The notes: generated by a model from the letters alone, not told the origin. A DNA stretch of 64,000 bases from Lytechinus pictus (GCF_037042905.1 NC_087249.1:12772001-12836000); one strand, 5' to 3'; shown: positions 12,501-24,876, numbered from the stretch's first letter. Made by a program: numbers and translations.

Positions 12501-15500
12501 TACCTTAATTTGATCCTCAGGAAGGCATCAATACGAATGACACCACACACTAGAAAAAACTGGCTGTGTATACTCACATACACATCACTATGAATGTCAG
12601 TAAACAGGAGTCTCACATTTTAATGGGAAATTTTTGCAATGAAAATGACGGATGTTGAAGAAACACAGAACTTTTGTTGGATATGGGCATTGATGACATC
12701 AGTGAAGAAAGTGATTCCACTAATGGTGACGATGATGATGGCAGTGGTGGTGAAGGAGATGATAACGATGATGGTGGTGATGATGGTGGTGATAGAGATG
12801 ATGATGTAGTGATGATGGAGATGATGATGATAATGGTGGTGGTTGTAGTGGTGGTGTTGATGATGATGACCATGATGCTGATGATGGTAGTGGTGGTGGT
12901 GATGACATGGAGGTGGGGGTTGAAAAAGCATATCAAATCCAAATTTGGTTATACCCCCAATACACATTAGGAATGCAAAGACGATTGTACTTCTTGTCAT
13001 TCTTTAAAAAGAAATAAGCTTACCATATAGCACCATAAGTCTGAATGGGACTTTGATAAGTTTAATAGGCGAACCAATCCTCTGAACACCAATGGTCACT
13101 TTATAAGAATACTTGACATCTTGACCTCGGTAAGACGGAGGGGCATCTCTCGGAATCGTCTCAGAGTAAATAACTGAAATCAAAACAAATATTGAGATAC
13201 ACTAGAAATATCATATTAAAGCAAATCCATTAGCATCATTGCTGTTACCAATCCCTTTGCTTTGTTCTGTATGTTCTAATAATATATAAAAACAAGGCAA
13301 AAGCGATTTTGTGTCTCGCCCACTTAAGAAAATAACCAGAAATATCGTGATTTGTGAGGGCACGCAACAGAATTGTATCGAAACTTCATTGTGAAATGAC
13401 TGGGATGGAATAACACTTGTCATAAGAGTCTTGCACGTTAACTTTAATGTTGACCCGAAAATGCCCTTTGACCTTACCATGTGACTTCCGACTGCAGCAT
13501 AACATGCAGGTCCCCCAAGTCCATCTACCATCCAAGTTTGGTTGAAAAGTGACTTACGGTTGCGGAGTTAGGTGTCATAAGAGTCTTGCATGTAAACTTT
13601 AACGTTGACCTGAAATGACCTTTGACCTTACCATGTGACCTCCGACTGCAGCATAACATGCAGGTCCCCCAAGTCCATCTACCATCCAAGTTTGGTTGAA
13701 AAGCGACTTATGGTTGTGGAGTTATGTGTCATTAGGTTTGTGACGGACGGACGACATTTGGATCCCTAAGTCTCGCCTTCACCTCTGGTGGGCGAGACAA
13801 TAAGCAACATTATAGAGCTTAATGATATATTTCTATGTGATTACAAAGGCTTAAGCATGGCTACCCTGATCAGGAGCTTGAGCATTCTAGGAATTCCTTC
13901 CTACCGACTATCCATAACACACCTTGGTAGAGAGTGGCAAATATAGATAAATGCCTTGACAAATTTCTGACTGCCATGGAGGGATTTGAACCCCAGACCT
14001 TGTGGTGCAAACTCTGGAGACTTATCCACTCTGCCACAGCAACTCTCCACTTAACCTAAACATTCCAAATTTCTGCTTCATGCAACTTTTAAAAACAGCA
14101 GTGAGTGGTACTATGGTGAAGTAAATTACTTGGATGTGGAGGGAGGAGAAAAAGAAAGGAGTGGGGAGATAGGAGATAGAGAGAGAAGAGGAAGAATAAG
14201 AAGGGATGATTGGGGAGAAGATAGAGAGAGCTAGATAATCAGACAGACAGAGGGATACAAAGAGAACAAAAGGAGAAAAAGAATGAGAGGGGGTGGGGGA
14301 GAAGAGGATGAGAGAGAAAGAGTGAGGGGAAGGGCAATGAGAAGACAAAGAGAGAAGGGGGCAAGGAAGGAAACAAGTCAAGACATATTCACATCTTAAA
14401 ATTCTGTATAGAGACAGAGTAAAATCAACTTTTTATATGAAAACTCACATGTTTTTGTTTCTCCAGGCTGCATTCTGAGATCACAGAATAAAATCTTGGG
14501 TTGAGTCAACAGAATACACACTCCTTTCTCACCTGAAAGAGACACAATTATGAGAAATTATCAACATTTGTCATCTGCATGAAAAAAAATCAAATAATTG
14601 TCAGTTGAACATAAACGCCAGTTGCAGTAACAATCTGAAAATGAATTCACACAGAATCCAACAAAACTACCACAAAATATTTACATGTATGAGTAATATG
14701 TACCAAATGATTCTTGGAGAAAATATTTAATTGCCGATAAATTGACAAACAAGCATGGCATGTCTTACCTCAGGTGATGATTTGTGTACGCTCCACTAAA
14801 CTTCACTACGGGGACACTACATGAATGTGGTGTAGTGGTAGTGAAGTGTAGTGGAGCGCACACGAACCATCACCCGAGGTAGGCACGTCTGGTCCTTTTC
14901 CAAACAATGATAAAGCACTGTCCCACATGTGCTAATCTGTGTTGGTGATCTTCAGTGTGGTCATTTTTCAGCTTACATTACATGATTTCACAGAGTTTGA
15001 TTTGTGTAAGTAAACCAGATATAGATCTACAATGATATGGTGACAATTAACCTTGATTTTAAAGGCTTTTTCATGAAATCATCGTATACTGTCACTATTT
15101 TCGTTTTGATGCAAGCTCTTTGGGGATTTAAATGGATTTATTTAGCTTTGCATTTAGACCTTTCTAAACGTACAAGAGCTGTATCACCTACCATTCCCTT
15201 GTTTATTCATTTTTACTTCTAACTACCAAGCGTTACAAAAGTCTGAGCAACATTAATATAACTACACCTCTCATGAAATATTCCAAATTCCCGGAACAAA
15301 TATAATATGAAAGTAATTTGGTGGTAGAGGTTTAAAACTCCCCCTGCACCCCCTTCCTCCCTCTCTCGAGTTGATTAATAGTTAATAAATACAATTGCCT
15401 ATTAAAGGATCATACTTAAAAAATCATGAACATCATGGCCCCCGTCTTACAAAGAGTTGCATTTGATCCGGTCAACCACAGCTGTGGATGGCCAGCAACG

Positions 15501-17169
15501 TCAACATCTAAAATGCTAATTTGATCAAAATATTTTCTAGATGTAAGGTATATTCATACATTCATCATTCTCTTGAAGATTCAGTGGGATTCTCTGGCCC
15601 GTATTCTGAACTCGGGTTTAACTTAAACTCAGGTTTAAAGTTGTGGTTCAAGTATGGATAGCCAATTGTTACATAAATCACTAACAGTAGAGATATATTT
15701 CAGCTCATTTGGCTATCAAATCATTTATAATTGTCTAGGAAGTAAAAATATATGATTGTCTTTACCATTGAAGAATAGGGAAAGAGCACAGTAAACATAA
15801 GAAACATAAAACTAAATAACAATTTTGACACTTGTGGCTTCCCATAATTTTAGCACAGAGTTAGACCTGACTTCAGAATACGGGCCTCTGTGTTTAAGGA
15901 AATTGTGCAGATTTCTTGAATAAACAATAATGGTGTGGATTGATTTCAATACAGTTGAGATTGATTGGATAAATCGTAACTCTTTGTAAGACAGGGCCCT
16001 GCGTGGGCCCAGTTTCATAATTTCTAGTTATAACATTATATTCTATTACAAGTTCACTCAATCACCCAATCAAATTAAATGATTCCAGTAATTACAAACA
16101 CACTTAGCTGTATGGCATTAAATATTGCATTTCTTAACCAATCACAATTCTGTTATCTGTCACATGGACATATTCAGTCGACAGGATTGATTTCATTCAT
16201 CATTTAATTTCATTCATACTCATAGAAGTTTATTCCAAAAGTGGAAATGCCATTATTACCTCTACTCGCTGCAAAGCTTGTGTTGCTGGAAGACTGGATA
16301 TTTTCCCATTCCTCTGAAGGTCTTCTTGTGATTGGTTGCGGAGGAATGATGACCTTTGACTCCTTGACATTGCACTGGCAATGAAGCTGAGCACTGGCCC
16401 ATGCGAGACACTCTGGTTGACTGTATTGCACAAAGTAAATGGAGAGAAATTTTAGAGGGGGGGGGGGGAATTGTAGGAGAAAGAAAACATGGGAAGGAGC
16501 AGGGGGGTGGAGAAGGAGGAGAATAAGAGGATGATGGACAGGAGATAAAAAAAAAATTTATGTCAATTTGGAACATATCACCATCACTCATTTAATGTTC
16601 TTCAATGCATGCATGTGTTAAAGGGGAGGTCCAGTCTAGTGACAAGTTGGTTTTGATAAAAGCAAAAACGGTTGGGAAATACATTTTTATTTTTTCTATA
16701 TCACGACATACGAAACAGCTACTTGTCTACGTCACGAAACTAAAAATTTAAATATCCATAACTTTTATTTTGTGACAGATTTTATCTAACCTTCAATATT
16801 TTGCCATAATTTTTCTGCTTATATTAAAGCAGCTTTTTGTCAGGGTGAGCTGCCATAATGAGGTACTTGCCAAAACAAACAATATATTAAGAAATTGAGG
16901 AAAGGCATGCCACAATGTCTCAGAAATTCTTCACAGTCTGACATAATCCTGAAATTTTGACCAAGTCATATCAGTTACTCCACATAATTTGAGAGCAAGA
17001 CCTAGATAAATTGAGCTGCATTTAAATGCAATACATTATATCAAGGAAAAAAATTAGGGAATTACCCGGAGCTGGTTGCTTCAGGGCACGTGAATGTAAT
17101 TGCACATTCAATGGTCTCTCCAGCTAGAAACGCTGTCCCTCTTGTCAAGAGAGCTGTAGCATCAATCAT
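9388..17169 (-). CDS. RGP1: RAB6A-GEF complex partner protein 2 (RGP1), 8 coding exons, 389 aa
   Basis: Exons on minus strand, all GT-AG with matching phases: 17169-17066, 16420-16260, 14532-14449, 13173-13024, 12322-12182, 11070-10943, 10172-9995, 9611-9388 (1170 nt). Translation [22 protein letters not shown]...[11 protein letters not shown]...[14 protein letters not shown]...[14 protein letters not shown]...[10 protein letters not shown]...[12 protein letters not shown]...[14 protein letters not shown] is collinear with metazoan RGP1 as recalled. Confidence 0.93.
10330..10535 (-). mobile_element. tRNA-derived SINE-like remnant in an RGP1 intron
   Basis: B-box GGGTTCGAATCCC on minus strand; similar remnant at ~13880-14050. 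Confidence 0.45.
11215..11487. mobile_element. Harbinger-like MITE (GGCCCCGTCTTACAAAGAG termini, CTG flanks)
   Basis: TIRs with a 3-bp CTG on each side; same family at ~15437-15998 and ~52880-53150. Confidence 0.75.
12690..12910. repeat. Compound (GAT/GGT)n microsatellite in an RGP1 intron
   Basis: Visible trinucleotide low complexity; source of the poly-His/Asp/Thr ORFs. Confidence 0.9.
13290..13802 (+). mobile_element. Tsp/pearl/Helentron-like non-autonomous element
   Basis: Subterminal inverted repeat TGTCTCGCCC (~13313) / GGGCGAGACA (~13790), two ~157-bp tandem core repeats, a (GACG)n tract and a 3' hairpin. Confidence 0.65.
15437..15998. mobile_element. Harbinger-like MITE interrupted by a second MITE (15596-15886, TCT duplication)
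   Basis: Outer TIR GGCCCCGTCTTACAAAGAG; inner TIRs GGCCCGTATTCTGAA/TTCAGAATACGGGCC flanked by TCT. Confidence 0.75.
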
Positions 17170-18509
17170 GATGATTATCTGATAACAAGAGACAGAGAGG
17201 AAAAAAATAAATATTAATTTGTATTCGTAAGATTATAAGAAAAAAATGTTTGATATTACTGAAATATTCTGTGCTCTGGTGAATAATAAAAAAAGATGAT
17301 CCCAAGGTTTATATAATGAAAACAAATCATGAATGAATGGAACTAATTATTTTTTGTTACAAAAGTTATAATCTAACTTAGACATTTTGTCTCGCCTGAA
17401 CAAAGTTTGGTAGAGACCTAGTTTAAAATGGGTGATGTATGTTGCATTGTCATTGATTTTACATGCAATGTCATTACATAATAAACTCACCACTGACAGG
17501 GTGGTTGCGCTGTGCAAGTGGCTCAAGTGGATAGTTTCGCTATTTGCATATTCATTTATCAGATCTCAATCTATAGCCTATAATAGGAATACTCATGAAT
17601 ATTCATGATCTTGAGCTGCGATCCCCAAGCATACGCAATTTGCGTTTGCGATGTTTTGGAATCGGCAGTGAATTAATACGTGTGAGGAAATAGCCCTGGT
17701 GGGGCACTCACATTATCGGTGGTACAGGGATGTGCCTCTTTGATGACCCCCCTTTTCAGACCTAATTCTCAGTTCTCTATATAGGCTACTCCGAATGACA
17801 TAAGTTCCGTTCAGAAGCTACCCCAACCCGCTCGCAAGACCCCCGTTACGAAACATCTGTTTCCTAGCCCTGCCAAAATTGTCCAGCGCGAGCACAGCAT
17901 GAGCGAGAGATGCAATCACGGCTACACAACTCTCTTTGCTAGCAGCTCATGACCATGCACCGCTAGCGCCCACATACATGCACAGCGCTAGCGTGCACTG
18001 TATACTGTACCGCGATCCCGTTCCGTAGACCATGTTTTTCACACTGCCCAGTTATATTTAGTTCTCAAGACCCCGCATTTTACCCTTGTGGTCAGTTCCT
18101 TAGACCCCCATTTCAGGGTTTCGTGAGGCACATCCCTATCAAAATATGATTTGAGTGCCCCCCCCCCCCCCCAGGGAAAATGGTTGGCTCTAAATCACCA
18201 ATTTTGAGACTGATTGAACATGGACAAGGAGTGAAATTAGAATGAAATATAAGAAAATTTGTTTTTTACCAATTGTAATGTAAGCTAAGGTCATGTTGTT
18301 GCACGAGTTTGACGAATAATCACATAAACTGACACTAAATTAAGAGGCTTTTTTTTTTTTTTTTATAGGAGGAAATTATAATTTGTAAACAAATTTTCGG
18401 CATTACTCCTATTTGTTTAAGATCAGTATGCTCGATCTGTAAATGAAAATCATAAGATCAGTATGCTCGATCTGTAATGAAAATCATATGATCATAAGTC
18501 AGAAAAAAT

Positions 18510-18583
18510 TGGAACCAGTGGGATTCGAACCTGCCATCTACTGCTTTCCGGGCAGCGACTCAACCACCAGGCTATTCTGGTTC
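18510..18583 (-). pseudogene. tRNA-like Pol III unit (tRNA pseudogene or SINE head), copy 1
   Basis: GAACCAG/CTGGTTC 7-bp acceptor stem, A-box-like TAGCCTGGTGG, B-box GGTTCGAATCC, anticodon-like arm GCTGC-CCGGAAA-GCAGT, T6 tract downstream. T-stem has two mismatches and position 33 is C. Confidence 0.6.
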
Positions 18584-18853
18584 ACGGCTAAGCCACGATG
18601 AACTGGAATTCAAATACCCTCGATCCTCTTCTTTCTGACTCATTAATATTCAAATACCGTCCGCCGTGGACAATAGATAGTAAATTAAGAGGCTTTTTTT
18701 TTTTTTTTATAGGAGGAAATTATAATTTGTTAACAAATTTTCGGCATTACTCCTATTTGTTTAAGATCAGTATGCTCGATCTGTAAATGAAAATCATAAG
18801 ATCAGTATGCTCGATCTGTAATGAAAATCATATGATCATAAGTCAGAAAAAAT

Positions 18854-18927
18854 TGGAACCAGTGGGATTCGAACCTGCCATCTACTGCTTTCCGGGCAGC
18901 GACTCAACCACCAGGCTATTCTGGTTC
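18854..18927 (-). pseudogene. tRNA-like Pol III unit, copy 2
   Basis: Identical to copy 1 within the 344-bp duplication. Confidence 0.6.
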
Positions 18928-19454
18928 ACGGCTAAGCCACGATGAACTGGAATTCAAATACCCTCGATCCTCTTCTTTCTGACTCATTAATATTCAAATA
19001 CCGTCCGCCGTGGACAATAGATAGTAAATTAAGAGGCTTTTTTTTTATAGGAGGAAATTATAATTTGTTAACAAATTTTCGGCATTACTCCTATTTGTTT
19101 AAGAGCACCTTTGTCTTTCGGATTTTCAGAACGAGTTATGTACCCGGCCTAGGTTCGGGTAGGTGTAGAGGTAATTTTAGTGGAGCCTAACGTTACACAA
19201 ACCATCACCTGAGGTCCACCTCAATTTACTTTGTACACAAGTGGGAAAGAGTTCCTCTTGCGAGACAGCCACCCCAAAATAACAAGATTGTTGAGACTTC
19301 CGGTTCATTAACTTCCTATTTCTTTACCTTTTTTTTTCAGTTAACTTTCTTACCTTAGCTGGGACTCGAACAGGTTAGTGCGCGCGTACAAATCGACGAG
19401 TGGTTCCCGAAACCACGATTTGGCCAACATTTAGCCCTATATCACACTCTCCAG

Positions 19455-20508
19455 CAGTAGAGGCGCACGGCCAATATGGTAGACTCTCTCGAATATGGGA
19501 GACAATCTCCCACATAGGAGGCTTGCTTTGCAAAAGAAACAACACCAACAAAGGTGTAATTTTTTCCACCCAAATTTTGACTCACTGATGTTAGAAGCTC
19601 ATTTGTTTCGTGTGTGGATGACAACAGAAATCCTTTATATATAAAAACAAAAGTAGACGGTGAATTTTCAAAGTAGACAGTGAAAATAGCCTGGAGGCTT
19701 CTGGGGAGTAAAAAACATCTACAAACGTAGGCTTACTCCCCAATGAAGCCTGGGTCGGGTACCCATATCTGGCCATGGAGGCCATAAATTCCCATGGTGA
19801 AACTAGACCTAAATCACAAATTTTACGTTTTGTTTTGCGCCCAAACTAACGTACATGGGCCAAAACAATATTAACTCCCAGTTTTTAAGAAAGTTCCTAA
19901 TAATTAGTAATATTTAGAAAAAAAATAGTAGTAAAATTTGAAAAAAATTAAGAGCACGAGCGTTCACTTACCCAGTCTGTTTACGTCGCCATTTTGCAGT
20001 CTTTTGTTATCGATACCTACATGTAGATACCACACGTGTGTAGAGCTGCAACTTAGATTTTGAAAAATACTTGCATCGGCCGATAAACACGAATCATAAA
20101 ATAAAATATTTGTTCGGTCGATGAATATCATAAAGTAATTTTAATGATAAAAAAATTGATATTTATCGACCGAAACAAATATTTTACGATTGGTGATATT
20201 TATCGGCCGATGCAAGTATTTAAAAAAATCTAAGTTGGCAGCTCTACACGCGTGTAATATCTAGGTATCGATAACAAAAGACTGCAAAATGGCGACGTAA
20301 ACAGACTGGGTAACACTTACACTCAGTCTTACTAACAGTAACAGGGTACCGTAAGTGAACTTAGTTCAAATGTAAACAAAGGAAATTGATCTCCCAAACT
20401 GTAGACTGTCTCTGAAATTGGATACCCAAATTCTTTACAAGTCTTTAATATTGGAGATAATCTCTCTCATGGGAGACAGTCTCCCATAATGGCCGTGAGC
20501 CTCTACTG
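19455..20508. mobile_element. Non-autonomous element with CAGTAGAGGC TIRs (hAT-like), carrying nested inserts
   Basis: CAGTAGAGGCGCACGGCCAATATG / CATAATGGCCGTGAGCCTCTACTG termini with TGGGAGA subterminal repeats; no clean TSD. Confidence 0.6.
19968..20313. mobile_element. ~345-bp fold-back element with TA flanks
   Basis: Arms CCCAGTCTGTTTACGTCGCCATTTTGCAGTC... pair over most of the length. Confidence 0.8.
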
Positions 20509-22589
20509 CCCAGCCCCAGCTAGCTCGGCCCTGTAAATTCAGTCGTACGGGGGTACAGCCCAAGGCAAGCTAGCGGGCGAGAAGTGGAGCATTCGCCGGT
20601 CAGTTCCCCTTACACTCAGTACCGTACACGTCATCGATCCGCAGACCGAGTGATTGATCCACGGCACTGAACAGGTACGAGTTTATGATGAAATTACCTT
20701 ATTACAGTAGTTCTTTCTACTGTGGTACAACAGCACAAAATTGGTGCCCACAAATTGAAAAATATAATAAATTACTTTTTAAATGAATATTCTTAGCATA
20801 AATGTATTTACATACCCTTTTTCTTAGTGCTTTTCTCTGGTTTTTGGTCACCGAAAGACGTCGGGCGTCTCAAAATATTATAACGATAACGCCCTCTACA
20901 GCTTTCTGTTGAAAAAAAAACGTTAATAGCTTGTCACTGCATGATACTATTCAATAACCAGCATAGCATGATAGAGATATGCATATAACTGAACTAATTC
21001 ATACTTGCGAAATGAGCCAAAAATTTTGAGGGTGCCAGATTTGGCGTATCGGGCAAAATCTATAAAAAGTTGCGAGCAAGCGACCGAAAAAGAAATGACA
21101 TTTTTTTACTACATAAATCAAAATTTTTGGATTTTTTTTTTTTTTTTTTTTTTTTTTTGGGGGGGGGGGGGGGGGAGGGCGTTAAGAGCCCCCCATCTGT
21201 ACGCCACTGTTTAATTTTGGACAGTAGTATGTGTTTTCAATGCTTTCAGTGAATGATTAAGGAAGACCTTCACATTTGCCAGAACTTCTTCTTATTAATG
21301 TTGTAAAGTTGATAGCTTAAAACTATTAGGCCTATATGAATTTCTGAAAAAATATGCTCTATTTTTTCTGCTTTTCTATAAAATGTAAATCCTTACATTT
21401 TATTGTTTTGTATCTGATTTATATGACCTTGAATCATCTTTGAATGGAATGGAGTACATGCACACTCTAAAACAATTTTAGAACCTTTAAGGTGAAAGAA
21501 GCAGAAAGTGTTCTAAACAAAGGTTGTTTAGCCTCTTCTACGATGAACCCGTTTAAGGTTATATGAGGTTCTTGATGGTGTAAAGAGCACTGATAAATTT
21601 TGCCAGGGCTGTTAACACCATCATGAACCCAGGTTGTATAACCTTAAGGGATTCCTTAATGTAGAACAAAAAAAAACAGTCAAGCTAATCTTAAAGCGAC
21701 CCCGCACCTTCTTATCTCGTATAGAAAAACAACTTTATTTGGATTGTTCAATTTTTGTTATGTAGTATGCATTTTCTTTGTTAATTATGTATTATGAAAA
21801 GTTGCAGAAACAATGAAAACAAATGAAAAAAAACAAGATTCTAATTAAAGGACTATTAAGAACCCCTTTCTGATTTTTTGGAAGAATCTTAATAAATTCC
21901 AAATATGGGACAAACCAAACTGAAAAGTGCAACGTTGTGTTACTCAACTCACCCTTTTTCCGGATCTCCCTCTCACACCTCTTTCATCCGACTACTACAG
22001 GCTAGCTCCCAATATTGTCCACATACACCCTTTCTCTCCCCCTCTCTCTTATCCTTCCCACCTTTCATTCATTACTATCTCTCTTTCGTCCATCTCCCTA
22101 TCACTCTTCCCATCGACCCTCTTTCTTTCCTTTTATATTTCTCAGTGTATCACAATTTCCGCTCACCTCTTTCGTTTGTAAACTCTCTCTCTTAACTCTC
22201 ATTTCAATCTCTTTCCATCTCTTTCCATTTCTTTCCAATCTCCCCCTCCGTNNNNNNNNNNNNNNNNNNNNNNNNNNNNNNNNNNNNNNNNNNNNNNNNN
22301 NNNNNNNNNNNNNNNNNNNNNNNNNNNNNNNNNNNNNNNNNNNNNNNNNNNNNNNNNNNNNNNNNNNNNNNNNNNNNNNNNNNNNNNNNNNNNNNNNNNN
22401 NNNNNNNNNNNNNNNNNNNNNNNNNNNNNNNNNNNNNNNNNNNNNNNNNNNNNNNNNNNTCTATGACTTTAACCTCACCTCTCTCCTCTCTCTTAATCCC
22501 TCTCATAAAATATTTTGTCCTATCTTTCACCTTTTCACTTGATGTAATGAAGACAGACATAATCAACATGAAATATATTATATATACAT

Positions 22590-23572
22590 AATATTTAATC
22601 AATCTCTTGTAGAAACCAGCCGTACCTGACGGACATACAAAATCTTATATGTAATCTTTTCATTAATCATTGTCATCATTTCAACAAATTCAGATATAAT
22701 GCAAAGCTTTATACAACTAAAAAAAAAATTGATGTGCAAAAATCTTGTCAAAATTATGTATGTTCTTAACCAGCCGTCCCAGACGGAATTTTACACGAAC
22801 ATTGAAATATACGAAACATTGGAAACTAATCAATCGACAAAAAATCTCCTAAGATAGAGTTGAAATAATCATCTAAAAATGCAATATTTCTGATTGAATT
22901 TCATACGTTTTCCCAGAAATCACTTCAAACCATAAAAACAATACTTGATTTCAACGGACCATCCCAGACGGGTGTTTTTTTTTTTTACATTAACATCAAT
23001 ATATATAAAACATTTGCAATTATTCAAAGGACGGAATTTTCTAAAACTATAGTATACAAAAAATCATTATAAAACATGTTCAATTTCCGAACCAAAATAA
23101 ACTTTCATTATTTGGTATTTAGCATATTATGAGCAAAATTCCGAATGAAAAAAAAACAACAACCAGAGTTTATAATGAGTTTTAACAATCAAACAAAATA
23201 AAACATTGATATTCTTACCCCGATTCTTACCTACTATATTTTTGGGGTGCATATCGTTCATTGTCATGTATATAATCACACGATTACCCAAATATATTTC
23301 ATTTCACAATGATATTATGGCATTGTTGATAAGTAGGGCAAAATTCAAGTTTCTAGATTTTTATAAGCTTGTCAATACAAGAGAAAAAAATTGCAACAAA
23401 TAAATTATAAGCACAAACGCAGACTCTGTCTCTACAAGTTACACACAAAAAACAGAAAATAAGCGATAGCTGGACATATTTTCGTTTCATCAGCCTCCAC
23501 TTCGATCACGTAGACACACCATAGGTTATTATCGTAATCACCGGGATAGTTTGGTGATGCTAATGAACCTTG
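22590..23572 (-). pseudogene. Truncated fourth SpAN/BP10 paralog: 84-bp CUB2 exon fragment fused to a copy of the paralog A 3' region
   Basis: 23572-23489 encodes [28 protein letters not shown] (cf. gene A ~26458-26375). 23490-22590 aligns with the gene A downstream sequence ~25367-24470. Confidence 0.85.
22620..22971 (-). promoter_or_regulatory. Three SRE-like hairpins in the remnant paralog 3' region
   Basis: CCGT-CTGGG-ATGG (22971-22959, G-U pair), CCGT-CTGGG-ACGG (22786-22774), CCGT-CAGGT-ACGG (22632-22620); ATTAAA at 22599-22594. Confidence 0.6.
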
Positions 23573-23575
23573 TAA

Positions 23576-23679
23576 TTATTACATTTGTGGGTGAAATTAT
23601 TACATTTGTGGGTAAAGTGTTATTACATTTGTGGGCGTTATTACATTTGTGGGCGTTTATTACATTTGTGGGTGTAACA
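23576..23679. repeat. Tandem TTATTACATTTGTGGG motif x5 ending in TGTAACA (transposon-end-like)
   Basis: Visible repeats; a similarly built (GACATTATGCGTT)n...TGTAACA block lies at ~34335-34499. Confidence 0.75.
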
Positions 23680-24498
23680 GGGGGCACGTGCCCTCCGTAG
23701 TTACGCCACTGTCAGACACATTTTTGATAACTTTTTCAAACTCTTTTTGTATGGGCCTACATGTATACTACTTCTACCCCCACCCATTTTGAACATATAT
23801 ATTTCCTGCGTTTTGTTTGTCTGAGTATATCTGCTCAAATATATTATATTTAGCTTGAAATATTCCTTTAATGCGAATACAAAGTGCTGAAAATGACTGA
23901 TAAAGACCTCCTGACATGAAAAGGTCACATTTCAAACATTATTCGTTTGAATTCAGGACTGGGATACATATCATGCTAGTCAAATAATGCGGAACCCCCT
24001 GATAATGAGCCTGCTCCCATTTCCTCCCTATTTCTGTTTTTTTTTTGTTCACATACTTCCCTCCCCTCTCTCTCCCTTTGTTTGTCCCTTTTTTCTCCCT
24101 CTTCTTCGCTTTCTTTGTCTCCACTCTTCTCCATTTTCTCACATCTTTATCTTTCATTCTCTCCTCCTCTCGTCTTCCCGGCTTCCTTTCAGATTTCTCT
24201 TTCTTCATCTCCCCTCCTCCACTTTTTCTCTCATCGTTGTCTTTCCTCCCCCTCTTTCTCTCCTTTCTACCCCTTCTCTCATATCTTAATACATATATTT
24301 CTGCTTTCTTTCTTTCCTTTTCTGTCTGTCTTTCTTTCTTTCTTTCTTTCATCTTCCCCTTGTTTATCATATTGCTAATATAGTACAATCGTTATTTCCA
24401 TTATCCATCCAATCACTAATATAGGGCAATGAATAAAAACATGTATTCGAAATATATTATGTTTTTATAAAGTTTAATTCATCTCTTCTAGAAACCAG

Positions 24499-24876
24499 CC
24501 GTACCTGACGGAAAATCACATTATCATAATAGTTACATCATAATTATCATAGATTCAGTCATTCAGATACAATATAAACCTTTTTAATTCAAAATCAAAT
24601 TGAATCGATCAAACTGAATTTTATACGTTTTCACTAAAATCATTAATTTCAAAATTAGTGATTGTTTTCGGCCAGCCGTCTCAGACGGATTTTTTTCCTA
24701 GAACATTGAAACATGCAAAACATTCAAAATTAATAAAATGGCAGAACATTCTTCTAACTTTGAGTTAAAATATTAAATAACATGTAACATTTTCTACTTA
24801 CATTTCGTACATTTTCACTAAAATCATTCCAAAACTTTTTTCAAGGTGATTATTTTCAACCAGCCGTTCCAGACGG
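24499..24876 (-). promoter_or_regulatory. Three Smaug-recognition-element-like hairpins in the putative 3' UTR of gene A
   Basis: Sense strand CCGT-CTGGA-ACGG (24876-24864), CCGT-CTGAG-ACGG (24688-24676, loop variant), CCGT-CAGGT-ACGG (24511-24499); ATTAAA at 24478-24473 just downstream. Confidence 0.65.

Larger units (their letters stand above)
18337..19103. repeat. 344-bp near-identical tandem duplication (about 2.2 copies) upstream of the first RGP1 coding exon
   Basis: Matching ORF starts at 18598 and 18942; internal ~36-bp sub-duplication. Confidence 0.9.

Noticed and set aside
12613-13000. Poly-His/Asp/Thr ORFs
   Set aside because: Translations of a GAT/GGT microsatellite within an RGP1 intron.
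18510-18927. Functional tRNA-Ser(GGA) genes
   Set aside because: Mismatched T-stem, C at position 33, poor D-stem, no long variable arm, and an anticodon atypical for eukaryotes.
22015-22602. ORFs spanning N runs (also 62832-63228)
   Set aside because: Artefacts of assembly gaps (22252-22459 and 62972-63112; a third gap lies at 37997-38173).
23939-24388. Lys/Arg/Glu-rich and Phe/Leu/Ser-rich ORFs (also at 3637, 14022, 32232, 58642)
   Set aside because: Translations of AG/CT low-complexity tracts.
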